Virus genome (UHGV): UHGV-0090561
DNA length: 34,669 bases
DNA from: a virus
Strand: one strand, 5' to 3'
Shown piece after piece: positions 9,419-17,191 of the stretch (positions are counted from its first letter, which is position 1; the number at the start of each line of letters is the position of its first letter). The translations under genes were made by a program, and so were the position numbers. Below the pieces are notes generated by a model. That model saw nothing but the letters and a program-made list of their open reading frames with translations. It did no database searches and was not told the DNA's origin.

Positions 9419-9802
9419 TTAGCAGATCAACTTATAGCGTCCATTCCGAGCATTGCGGCGTACACGTTCAATCTTGAGGCATAGCGCCGCATCTGGCTTT
9501 TTTGGGACTGGTACACGGCAATATTCAGAAGCGCGAGGAATATTATTTATCCAGTCAATCACTTCGCTTAAATACCAGGCCTTACGCCCTTCCGTAACCT
9601 GCACACGCTCCGGGAACTCTCCACGGGCCTCAAGGTTTAGCAGTGTACGACGACTCAGGGTTGTAAGTTCCATTACCTGATTCATATCAACAAGACGCTC
9701 GCTTAAACGCATTTTGTCAGCGATAGCTTTTAATTCCTCTACAGCTGGATTTGGGTACATAATTTCGGCAATTGGCTTAAGGTCATTGTAATGATTCTGC
9801 AT
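9419..9802 (-). CDS. AlpA-like helix-turn-helix protein with N-terminal extension
   Basis: 127-aa ORF with GGGGGA Shine-Dalgarno; C-terminal half TTLSRRTLLNLEARGEFPERVQVTEGRKAWYLSEVIDWI resembles the AlpA/excisionase-type HTH. Confidence 0.6.
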   Translation of the reverse strand: MQNHYNDLKPIAEIMYPNPAVEELKAIADKMRLSERLVDMNQVMELTTLSRRTLLNLEARGEFPERVQVTEGRKAWYLSEVIDWINNIPRASEYCRVPVPKKPDAALCLKIERVRRNARNGRYKLIC

Positions 9803-9813
9803 TGTATCCCCCT

Positions 9814-10155
9814 TTACACACGAGCCAGCGGCTGAACAGAAATACCTGAGCCAACAAACGCTGCAACCTTTACTGACAGTTCTTTTACAGACTCAGGCCA
9901 GTTCAGAGCATCAACATTTAAGACACCTGTCTTATAGACCTGAGCCTGTGTTTTTTTCGCGGTGTCGATTTGTACAGCGGATACATAAACCGCTTTACCT
10001 ACGCTCGTACCATCCCATACCACCAGTGCACCTGTTGCATCTTCCTGCATCAGTGGCGTAAATGCAGGAATTACCCCTTTATTAGCTGAAAATATCCCCA
10101 GCGTAGTAACCAGTGCTTCAGTGCCAGCCATGAGTTCAGTGTAATGAGTAGCCAT
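9814..10155 (-). CDS. Head decoration protein, lambda gpD family (divergent)
   Basis: 113 aa; aligns by eye with lambda gpD (FTPLMQEDATGALVVWDGTSVG vs [22 protein letters not shown]; AFVGSGISV vs [10 protein letters not shown]); strong Shine-Dalgarno AAGGGGGAG. Confidence 0.7.
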   Translation of the reverse strand: MATHYTELMAGTEALVTTLGIFSANKGVIPAFTPLMQEDATGALVVWDGTSVGKAVYVSAVQIDTAKKTQAQVYKTGVLNVDALNWPESVKELSVKVAAFVGSGISVQPLARV

Positions 10156-10164
10156 TGCTCCCCC

Positions 10165-11205
10165 TTAGCCAATGCGAACGGTAACAAAACGATTGATGCG
10201 AGCCGGTATTGGCTGTGGTGCTGAATGTGTCTGCACATATTCAATAGCCGGATCACCAGGCACAATATAGTTTTTCGGTGCAAGTTCGGCTTTAGTCAGC
10301 CCCATTCGGATTAGCTCCGGGTCCTGAATACCGCCATAGGCGACAATCCCCTGAAGAGCCGTATTGCCAAGCACCATCAAATCAGGATCAAGGAAATGTT
10401 TTTCAGTTCCGTCCTCGTCGGTATAACGCCCGCTGTAAACAACAATCGCAACATCGCCCATATACCCTTTAAAACTCACCGAATCACCAAGGTCTTTAAG
10501 GGCCGTTTCCAGTTCGGAATTAGAACCACGACGGGTATCCAGAGCCTCTTTTATCGCTCTGAATGAACGGTATTTCTTCCATACATTACCGCCCATAATG
10601 ATGATATTAGTGACGCCCTCACTAAATTCTGCGTAGTTCTCAATATCATCATTTGGATCAAAAGTTTCTTTATCCTTACCTGACCACTCAGCACCGCCAG
10701 ACTGAGTGATGATATTTTGTGGTTTAATATTCCAGTCCAGCTCATAACGTTCAATACCATCGCCCTCAATGATATTTTTCCCCGTTGTGATTGCCTGAAC
10801 GGCAAGCCATTCAATACGTGCACGAATAGCTTTAGCTTGATTTACAATCGCCTGTTTAACTTTAATATTACGCGCCCCAAAAGCATTGTATTGCTCAGGT
10901 GATACACCAGCAGGGCGCACAGCTAACTTATTTGGATCAATGCTGCTTTTCGGCTTCATATAGCCTGGACGAATTGTTTTTGATTCGTACCCTTCGTCAC
11001 GTGAAACTTTACTACCCACCATAGGAGAACAAAACGCTGCAATTGGGATATTTGGATCGTCGATTGTATCAAGAATAATATCGCGCGATTCAAACATTAC
11101 CGAGCGAGTAAAAAACAAACGGGTAAACAACGCATTTAGTTGTTTTTGTACATCTACAGCATTAACCACCTGTACAAGCTGGGTAGGCGAATATAAATCA
11201 ACCAT
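10165..11205 (-). CDS. Major capsid protein, lambda gpE family (divergent satellite copy)
   Basis: About 346 aa from the ATG with AAGAGG Shine-Dalgarno; central block NIITQSGGAEWSGKDKETFDPNDDIENYA...AIKEALDTRRGSNSELETALKDLG...GDVAIVVYSG is clearly homologous to lambda gpE but far more diverged than the prophage copy. Confidence 0.85.
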   Translation of the reverse strand: MVDLYSPTQLVQVVNAVDVQKQLNALFTRLFFTRSVMFESRDIILDTIDDPNIPIAAFCSPMVGSKVSRDEGYESKTIRPGYMKPKSSIDPNKLAVRPAGVSPEQYNAFGARNIKVKQAIVNQAKAIRARIEWLAVQAITTGKNIIEGDGIERYELDWNIKPQNIITQSGGAEWSGKDKETFDPNDDIENYAEFSEGVTNIIIMGGNVWKKYRSFRAIKEALDTRRGSNSELETALKDLGDSVSFKGYMGDVAIVVYSGRYTDEDGTEKHFLDPDLMVLGNTALQGIVAYGGIQDPELIRMGLTKAELAPKNYIVPGDPAIEYVQTHSAPQPIPARINRFVTVRIG

Positions 11206-11422
11206 ACGCATCCTCTTTGCATTCATTAAAAATAATTGTGGATATATGCTATCACCGATATTTGTCATGCGAATACATGCAACCGAGTGCAATGTTGTAT
11301 AAAGTTTTGGGATGACAACTTCAGCGCGGATAATTAGTGTTAATATCTTCACTCCCTTTGGTCGGGATTTATGTAGCATGCCGGAAAATTTATTTTTTTC
11401 CGGCCTTTTTTATTGGCAATAT

Positions 11423-11872
11423 TTAAAACGGAATATCATCTCCCCATTGCTCATTATCTCCCACTGGTGGATGGCTTCCTTGCTGATCTGCCTGTTGTTT
11501 TGCTCTGTTCAGTGCGTCAGTAGCCTGCCCCTGTTGGCCTTTTTTGCCGCCCGGTCGCACCGTTCGCGCACTGATTACGCTGTCTGCGATAACCTGCCAG
11601 CCCTGCCGCGTTTCACCGTTCTGTCCAGTCCACTGACTCACCTGCATGTTACCCGCCACGCTCAGGAGTTCGCCTTTGTGATGCTTTGCCAGCGCGTCGG
11701 CTTGTCTGCCAAACGCCAGAACAGATAACCACATCGTCGCCTGACCGTCATCCGACTGGCTGCAGGGCAGTGATACCGCCATACGCGCCAGCGTCATGGG
11801 GGTGCCCTTGCTGGTCTGTTTTGTCTGCGGGGCGTCCACCAGCCGCCCGTAAGCTGCTATTTGCGCCGTCAT
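11423..11872 (-). CDS. ssb: Single-stranded DNA-binding protein
   Basis: 149-aa ORF with OB-fold-like N-terminus, Gly/Gln-rich linker and the characteristic acidic tail ending DDIPF. Confidence 0.85.
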   Translation of the reverse strand: MTAQIAAYGRLVDAPQTKQTSKGTPMTLARMAVSLPCSQSDDGQATMWLSVLAFGRQADALAKHHKGELLSVAGNMQVSQWTGQNGETRQGWQVIADSVISARTVRPGGKKGQQGQATDALNRAKQQADQQGSHPPVGDNEQWGDDIPF

Positions 11873-12126
11873 GCTGCCTGCTCTCCGGACTTAATATTGA
11901 TGGTTGTCACTTCCTCCGCTTCGGCAATCTCCCGTTCGGTCAGCGTGGCAAAGTTTGCAGCCGCCGTTGTCATGAATGCGCTTATCAGTTCGGGATGTGC
12001 TTTCGCGTATCCTTCCCCGGCGTTGCGGTCTATTGCCTTAATCGCCACCCTTAGCCAGTGTTCAGCCATATCAAGGGCGCGGTAATGTGGCTTTATATGT
12101 TTGTTCAGTTTTCCTGATGTGTGCAT
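11869..12126 (-). CDS. Hypothetical protein (satellite, between ori and ssb)
   Basis: 85-aa ORF whose stop overlaps the ssb start (operon-like); no recognisable family. Confidence 0.45.
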   Translation of the reverse strand: MHTSGKLNKHIKPHYRALDMAEHWLRVAIKAIDRNAGEGYAKAHPELISAFMTTAAANFATLTEREIAEAEEVTTINIKSGEQAA

Positions 12127-12169
12127 TTTTATTTTTACCCCCTCGTTTAAAAAGTTTTTTGTGCACCAC

Positions 12170-12404
12170 CACCTTGTCTACCTTGTCTACCTGATTAGTT
12201 ATCAGGCCAGTAATGGCGCGGGTTTCAGGGAGGTAGACAGCCCCAAATAGCTGTCTACCTCATCTCTACCCGTATCCTTACCTGTCTACAAAAATGGGTA
12301 GATAAGGTAGATAACAGGTAGACAGTGAAAAATAGTTATCTACCTGCATTAATACATTGAAATAAAAGTATTTTCTTTCAGTCAGGTAGACAAGGTAGAT
12401 AACC
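12170..12404. repeat. Iteron array (putative satellite replication origin)
   Basis: About 10 copies of GGTAGA(C/T)A / its reverse complement TGTCTACC in both orientations, immediately downstream of the primase-helicase gene. Confidence 0.8.
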
Positions 12405-12415
12405 ATTGCCATTTT

Positions 12416-14167
12416 TTATAAAAACGCATCGCAATCATCAGTAGTCGTTGCGTTGGTCTGCGTGACTCCCTTAACTTTTCGCGTAATATATTCATATCCG
12501 TAAACTTTCGCCGCTGACCTCATAGCCTTTCCGAACTCATTCACGCTCAAACATTTCCCCTTTCCTGTGTATGCCATGAAGGCCATATAGACACGGTAAA
12601 GGCTGTTTCTGGTCGTGTACTTCACGGAGTCACCACCACCGCCCATCATTAGCCCACGAGCTTCCTCCAGAAACTCAAGCGCCGCGCAAAGCTCAACAAC
12701 TGGATCCGTTTGCTGCTTTATTGCCAGAGCTTCATCACCGTCACGCTGTTCCAGTAGTAAAGCCCTTGCCTTTTCAGGGTCAGCAAAGTTAGCCAGCAAG
12801 CGGCGGATAATTACGGGGATTTCTGCCGCTATCTTTTCCGGTAATTCCTTGTCTTTTTCGTCCTCCCTTACAATGTTGTCGAACCGGAAAATCACCCGAC
12901 GGCGTGACACACCTCCGGCCCGTTCGGTAAAGATCATCGGGTCGTTATTGGTTGCCAGTACCACCGCCCTTATTATCGTCGTGAATCGCTTCTCATATTT
13001 CGGATTGATTTCAACGGGATCGCCTCCCGTGATTTTCTTGATGCCCGTGCCTTCCCCCGTATATTTCGGCTGATCGGCAAGGACGATAAGACGACTCCCG
13101 ACAACCTGCGCGCGCCCTCCTGCATCATCGAGTGATGTCATCTCTGCGCTTACGGTGTTCTGTTTGCCTGCAAGCAGGGTGGCAATATGGGTAAATGTAC
13201 TCTTACCGCTTCCCCCGTCTCCGGTGGCCTCAATGAACATCTGCCAGTCGTAGCGGTTCGCCATAATCATGTATAACGCGGCACATATACGCATCATCTT
13301 GCGCGGGTCTTTTCCTGCAGCATGTTCAAGCCATTTATGGAAATTTGGCGCATTATCGCGGATGTTTTCCCCTGCTACTGGTGGCGTGTACTCAATACCA
13401 TTGTGCGTGGTGCTCCAGTGCTCCGGCGAGTGCGGAGAAAATTCCCCCGTTTTCAGATTAAGCACACCATTAGTGAACGGTAGCAAATCACCGGACGGCT
13501 CCCCCATGGGGGCTGCAATAACTTTTAACGCTTCCACGGCGTTATTGATTACACGTTTGCTGAACGTGGCCCTGTGCTCTGAATAGATCGCCACCATTTC
13601 GCGGCTCAGCTCCATTGTGCTGACCGGACACCATACCCCGCCGCGCCATACGTGGACGATTTCACTTTCTGCATGAACACACACACCATCAAAGCGATCG
13701 GCAAGTAGTTGTGCACGTTCACTGTCTGCCATCTGTGAAAGTTGCGCCTTTTGCTTCGTCGGAAGATTAAGCACCAGACTTTCCCCACGCTCGCATTCCT
13801 CTTTGAGTCGCGGCAACTGGTCGGATAAATCCACTGGGCTGGTGTCAGTAATCCCCGCGTATTCGTGTACGGTCTTCACTCCAGCCACAGCCAGTAACGT
13901 AACAATCTGCGTCATGCTGTGCTCTGTGATATGTCCTGCGCGGTAAACACGCACACACTGACGATCTTCATCAATGATCCGGTAATCGGTGATATTTTTC
14001 AGTTGCTCATCAGCCAGCACGACAGGCGGCACATCGTCGGCGGCAATATGTTTACCCGCCCATTCCTGCCACTCTTTCGCATGGCTCCACGCATCACTAC
14101 CTGCAAAGATGATTACCTCTGTCAGTCTGTCGCGTGGCTGTTTTTTTAAGTTCGGTGCCAGTTTCAT
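12416..14167 (-). CDS. Primase-helicase (P4-family primase C-terminal / SF3 helicase-like replication initiator)
   Basis: 583-aa ORF with Walker A GDGGSGKST and downstream NTPase-like motifs typical of P4 alpha-type / PICI Pri-Rep proteins; followed by iterons. Confidence 0.8.
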   Translation of the reverse strand: MKLAPNLKKQPRDRLTEVIIFAGSDAWSHAKEWQEWAGKHIAADDVPPVVLADEQLKNITDYRIIDEDRQCVRVYRAGHITEHSMTQIVTLLAVAGVKTVHEYAGITDTSPVDLSDQLPRLKEECERGESLVLNLPTKQKAQLSQMADSERAQLLADRFDGVCVHAESEIVHVWRGGVWCPVSTMELSREMVAIYSEHRATFSKRVINNAVEALKVIAAPMGEPSGDLLPFTNGVLNLKTGEFSPHSPEHWSTTHNGIEYTPPVAGENIRDNAPNFHKWLEHAAGKDPRKMMRICAALYMIMANRYDWQMFIEATGDGGSGKSTFTHIATLLAGKQNTVSAEMTSLDDAGGRAQVVGSRLIVLADQPKYTGEGTGIKKITGGDPVEINPKYEKRFTTIIRAVVLATNNDPMIFTERAGGVSRRRVIFRFDNIVREDEKDKELPEKIAAEIPVIIRRLLANFADPEKARALLLEQRDGDEALAIKQQTDPVVELCAALEFLEEARGLMMGGGGDSVKYTTRNSLYRVYMAFMAYTGKGKCLSVNEFGKAMRSAAKVYGYEYITRKVKGVTQTNATTTDDCDAFL

Positions 14168-14463
14168 TTTTTGCCCCTGAATGCGTTAATCATGCTTTTC
14201 ATTTTCTGGATGTTTCCCCGCGCTTTTTCCCTGCTGGTGGGCTTACTGCGGGGTGCGGCATATACCAGGGAAAAATCACGCCGGAACTGATAAACAGGCA
14301 TCACACAGTCATAGCTATACCCCTCACGGCGGTAAGTGATGCGCCGTTCTGCCACGCCTTTAATCGTTACCGTGCCGCCGTATTTATCGCGGTAAATATC
14401 GCCGTTCATAAATTCAGGCCGAGCGGGGCCGCTGGCAATAAAGCCAGAATTTTTCATTTCCAT
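14164..14463 (-). CDS. Hypothetical protein (upstream of primase, ATGA overlap)
   Basis: 99-aa ORF translationally coupled to the primase start; no recognised family. Confidence 0.5.
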   Translation of the reverse strand: MEMKNSGFIASGPARPEFMNGDIYRDKYGGTVTIKGVAERRITYRREGYSYDCVMPVYQFRRDFSLVYAAPRSKPTSREKARGNIQKMKSMINAFRGKK

Positions 14464-14480
14464 ATTATTTATTCTTCGAC

Positions 14481-14702
14481 TTAACTCGACTTATTTGATA
14501 GCAGGGCACTATTTATTGCGTCATTGAGTTTTTCTGCTGCTTCATCAATAAGTGACAACAGGCCATAAGCAATATTTGCATCTTCATTGTCATTTATGCA
14601 ATCAAGCCACATATTTAATATTGCTTTTGCTGAATTATTTAAAGTTAATGAACTCTCTGCACATGCTAACAATTTAAAAAAGACTTCCCGTTCTGTATTC
14701 AT
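14481..14702 (-). CDS. Hypothetical small protein
   Basis: 73-aa ORF in a tightly packed co-directional array; AT-rich. Confidence 0.4.
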   Translation of the reverse strand: MNTEREVFFKLLACAESSLTLNNSAKAILNMWLDCINDNEDANIAYGLLSLIDEAAEKLNDAINSALLSNKSS

Positions 14703-14894
14703 TTAATCCCCCACCAGCTTACTTTCTTCCTCAATCAGGAAACTAGCGACACTTCCCGAAAGGCGCGCCAGTAGGCTCGCCAGCGCGGATATATCAGCAT
14801 CTGTAATTTTGTTCGGGTATACCTCAAGAAGGCGGCAAATAATTTCTGTTTGGTGCGCACGTTCAGCGGCTTCGTGTAATGTGATTTCCTGCAT
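14703..14894 (-). CDS. Hypothetical small protein
   Basis: 63-aa ORF abutting its neighbours without gaps. Confidence 0.4.
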   Translation of the reverse strand: MQEITLHEAAERAHQTEIICRLLEVYPNKITDADISALASLLARLSGSVASFLIEEESKLVGD

Positions 14895-15079
14895 TAATGC
14901 ACCTCTTTTAATTCATACACTGCTGAAATAATGACTTGTGATAAGCCATATTCTGATGATTCGCTTCTCACCGCAGCAATAGCCGTCTGAACATTAACAG
15001 CCTTCACGTTCTGAGTGATACCAATTGTGTGGCCTCGTGGGTTAACAGCTCGGGCAAATACACGGAAGGTTTTAAGCAC
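14894..15079 (-). CDS. Hypothetical small protein
   Basis: 61-aa ORF overlapping its neighbours by a few nt. Confidence 0.4.
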   Translation of the reverse strand: MLKTFRVFARAVNPRGHTIGITQNVKAVNVQTAIAAVRSESSEYGLSQVIISAVYELKEVH

Positions 15080-15275
15080 GGCACACCTCCTGACGAATAC
15101 GGGCAGCGAATACCATCACGCAGCCAGTTGGGGATTGCTGGCGGGCTTCCTGTTCGCTGATGGCCTCGATGGTAATCATGCGCGGTTGTGCCGTACTCAA
15201 GGCGATAAAACGCCAGATGTATTTATTCAGGTTGTGCGAGTTCCGCCCTTGCGGGTGTGTGGTATGATTTCTCAT
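15072..15275 (-). CDS. Hypothetical small protein (first gene of the leftward satellite operon)
   Basis: About 67 aa from the internal ATG preceded by a GAGG Shine-Dalgarno; the upstream part of the track ORF is not supported. Confidence 0.4.
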   Translation of the reverse strand: MRNHTTHPQGRNSHNLNKYIWRFIALSTAQPRMITIEAISEQEARQQSPTGCVMVFAARIRQEVCRA

Positions 15276-15474
15276 AGCTACCTCGATACTGTTGCTATCG
15301 TTGGTGGTTAGAAGCCCGTTGGTGTTCCTAGCACCTTCGGGCTTTGCTTTTTTAAGTGCCCCCGTGTTAAGGTGGTCACCTAACAATGAAAAGGCTAATT
15401 CAATAGGTGGTCACTTGTCAACGATCAAACGCGATAAAAGTCCTAAGGGTGATGGGCAATCTCCACAATTCAGA

Positions 15475-15606
15475 ATGCGAATTTCTCCAGAGCTAAAAGA
15501 GCAATTCGACAAAGAAGCGCAGAGCGACGGCATAAGCCTAGCCAACTGGCTTAAAGAATTAGGGCGCAAAGAGCTGCTACGGCGCGGTATTGAACCAAAA
15601 GGATAA
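15475..15606 (+). CDS. Ribbon-helix-helix (Arc/CopG-like) DNA-binding protein, putative
   Basis: 43-aa product MRISPELKEQFDKEAQSDGISLANWLKELGRKELLRRGIEPKG fits the RHH pattern; weak Shine-Dalgarno, so the start is uncertain. Confidence 0.45.
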   Translation: MRISPELKEQFDKEAQSDGISLANWLKELGRKELLRRGIEPKG

Positions 15607-15633
15607 GAATAATTGAAGTCAAGGAGCTAACAC

Positions 15634-15990
15634 ATGAAATACGAATTCTTCGCAACAAGTAGCAGTAGTTTGGATGTATACATAGTCACTGTATCAAACG
15701 ATTCTGGCTCGCTAATCATGACTTGTAATTGTCCAGCAGGAAGTAAAGGTATTCTATGTAGACACCGTAAAGCTTTAATTACCGGAAAAATCCGCGGTAT
15801 ATTCACTCCCCCAAGAAGGAATAATCCTGAAAAATTACAAGAAGCTATAAATTTAATAGCCACATATGGCATAGATAAAACATTAAAGTTGTACACTGAT
15901 GAGTTAGAACGAGCAGAACAGACTTGGATAAGTGTTCGCGATAATTTGAGAGCAATGATAAACGCTCTTGTTGAACCACCTAAATATTGA
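15634..15990 (+). CDS. SWIM zinc-finger protein, small
   Basis: 118-aa ORF with AAGGAG Shine-Dalgarno; motif CNCPAGSKGILCRH matches the SWIM CxCxnCxH signature; followed by an intrinsic terminator. Confidence 0.7.
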   Translation: MKYEFFATSSSSLDVYIVTVSNDSGSLIMTCNCPAGSKGILCRHRKALITGKIRGIFTPPRRNNPEKLQEAINLIATYGIDKTLKLYTDELERAEQTWISVRDNLRAMINALVEPPKY

Positions 15991-16056
15991 ACTGTTCACA
16001 TTGCCTATCAGGCGATAACCTCGTATTCTGATTAAGGCTAACTATATACTCACATT

Positions 16057-16080
16057 GGCGACCAATTCTGGTCGCCTTTA
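16057..16080 (+). terminator. Rho-independent terminator after the SWIM gene
   Basis: GGCGACCA-attc-TGGTCGCC hairpin followed by TTTA; position hand-counted. Confidence 0.6.
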
Positions 16081-16121
16081 TCCACCATTTTTATAATATC
16101 ATAGATTAAAAGTGTTAATCC

Positions 16122-16952
16122 TTACCCCCTGAATGGAATTGATGAGGATTTAATTTCCACAGAACTAAATCCTCTTGAATCCAAGAACATTTTTATACCA
16201 GCCTCAATAAAATCATAATCGTTTGTCGGGCCAATTGTAATGCTTTTAATTGGTAACTTTCTATTATCTTTATTATCAATGATGATATAAGGGATGATCC
16301 CATTATTATTTATTCTGAAGTGCACATCTGGCATTTGCATCCACGGAGTAAATACCAATCTAAATTCATTCTCTTCGATAAAACTAGGATGTTTAAAAAA
16401 TGGGATGTATTTAGATATAAATTGATACGTAGAGACCATTGTTACAAAATGATCATTCATTTCTTTAATATTAATACCATTACAAGAAAAAAACTCCCCC
16501 AACTCCTTACTCATCTTAGTAATATCGTTATTATTTGAATATATAACATCATGTGCAACACAATTTAAATAAATATTTTGAGAAAAGCTCACAAGTTCAT
16601 CCGCATCAAACTCAATGCAAACACCCTGTTTATTTCCGTAACCTCTCCACTGACTTAACTTATCGTTTTCCTTACAAAAAGAGATGCTATAAACATGTTT
16701 ATCAATCCCTTTTTCTTTTTGTAACCTCCCTTTCTCATACATGTCAAGAGACTTGAGCAAAATAGTTTTCTTATCTTTTGGAATGATATTATCATCAACT
16801 ATTTTAATTGTATTTCGAAAGCATTCACATCCATGGTTAGACTCCTCTTTATCATTTAAGAAATATATGTTTGTAGCCCATAAAGAATTAGAGTCTAATA
16901 TACCTTTCAAACCAAAAAGATCTGTATAATGAAATATAGCCACAATGCCCAC
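16122..16952 (-). CDS. DUF2971-like protein (satellite cargo, function unknown)
   Basis: 276-aa ORF, markedly AT-rich versus its neighbours; N-terminal FHYTD...YFLNDKEE resembles the DUF2971 motif as I recall it (not verified by HMM); GTG start 7 nt after the alpA stop. Confidence 0.55.
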   Translation of the reverse strand: MGIVAIFHYTDLFGLKGILDSNSLWATNIYFLNDKEESNHGCECFRNTIKIVDDNIIPKDKKTILLKSLDMYEKGRLQKEKGIDKHVYSISFCKENDKLSQWRGYGNKQGVCIEFDADELVSFSQNIYLNCVAHDVIYSNNNDITKMSKELGEFFSCNGINIKEMNDHFVTMVSTYQFISKYIPFFKHPSFIEENEFRLVFTPWMQMPDVHFRINNNGIIPYIIIDNKDNRKLPIKSITIGPTNDYDFIEAGIKMFLDSRGFSSVEIKSSSIPFRG

Positions 16953-16959
16953 CTAATAG

Positions 16960-17190
16960 TTAAGTTGTTTCCCACTCACCTCGAATCCATGCCTGCACTT
17001 CTGAAAGACGATATGCAACAGCAGTGGAACCAATCTTGATCCGCTTAGGAAATTTTCCTTCCTTCTCCAGCTTCCAGCGTGTGCTGTTCGCAAGAGTGGT
17101 TAGCTCCCGACATTCTTTCTCACGGATCATTCGGTCAATGTTAGGAATGTACTCCAGACCCTTTTTATCAACAATTGCCATTTTTTTCAT
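16960..17190 (-). CDS. alpA: AlpA-family transcriptional regulator / excisionase-like protein
   Basis: 76-aa ORF immediately downstream of int; ...RELTTLANSTRWKLEKEGKFPKRIKIGSTAVAYRLSEVQAWI is the AlpA HTH pattern. Confidence 0.8.
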   Translation of the reverse strand: MKKMAIVDKKGLEYIPNIDRMIREKECRELTTLANSTRWKLEKEGKFPKRIKIGSTAVAYRLSEVQAWIRGEWETT

Positions 17191-17191
17191 G

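Noticed and set aside
11380-11411. Hairpin GCCGGAAAA...TTTTCCGGC followed by a T-run, between ssb and the E-like gene
   Set aside because: The U-tract follows the hairpin on the plus strand, where there is no upstream gene, so it does not fit a clean terminator for the minus-strand ssb; orientation is ambiguous and it is left unannotated.
12170-12404. Possible CRISPR array
   Set aside because: The repeats are only 8-9 bp, occur in both orientations with irregular spacing and sit next to a primase gene; they fit replication-origin iterons, not CRISPR repeats and spacers.
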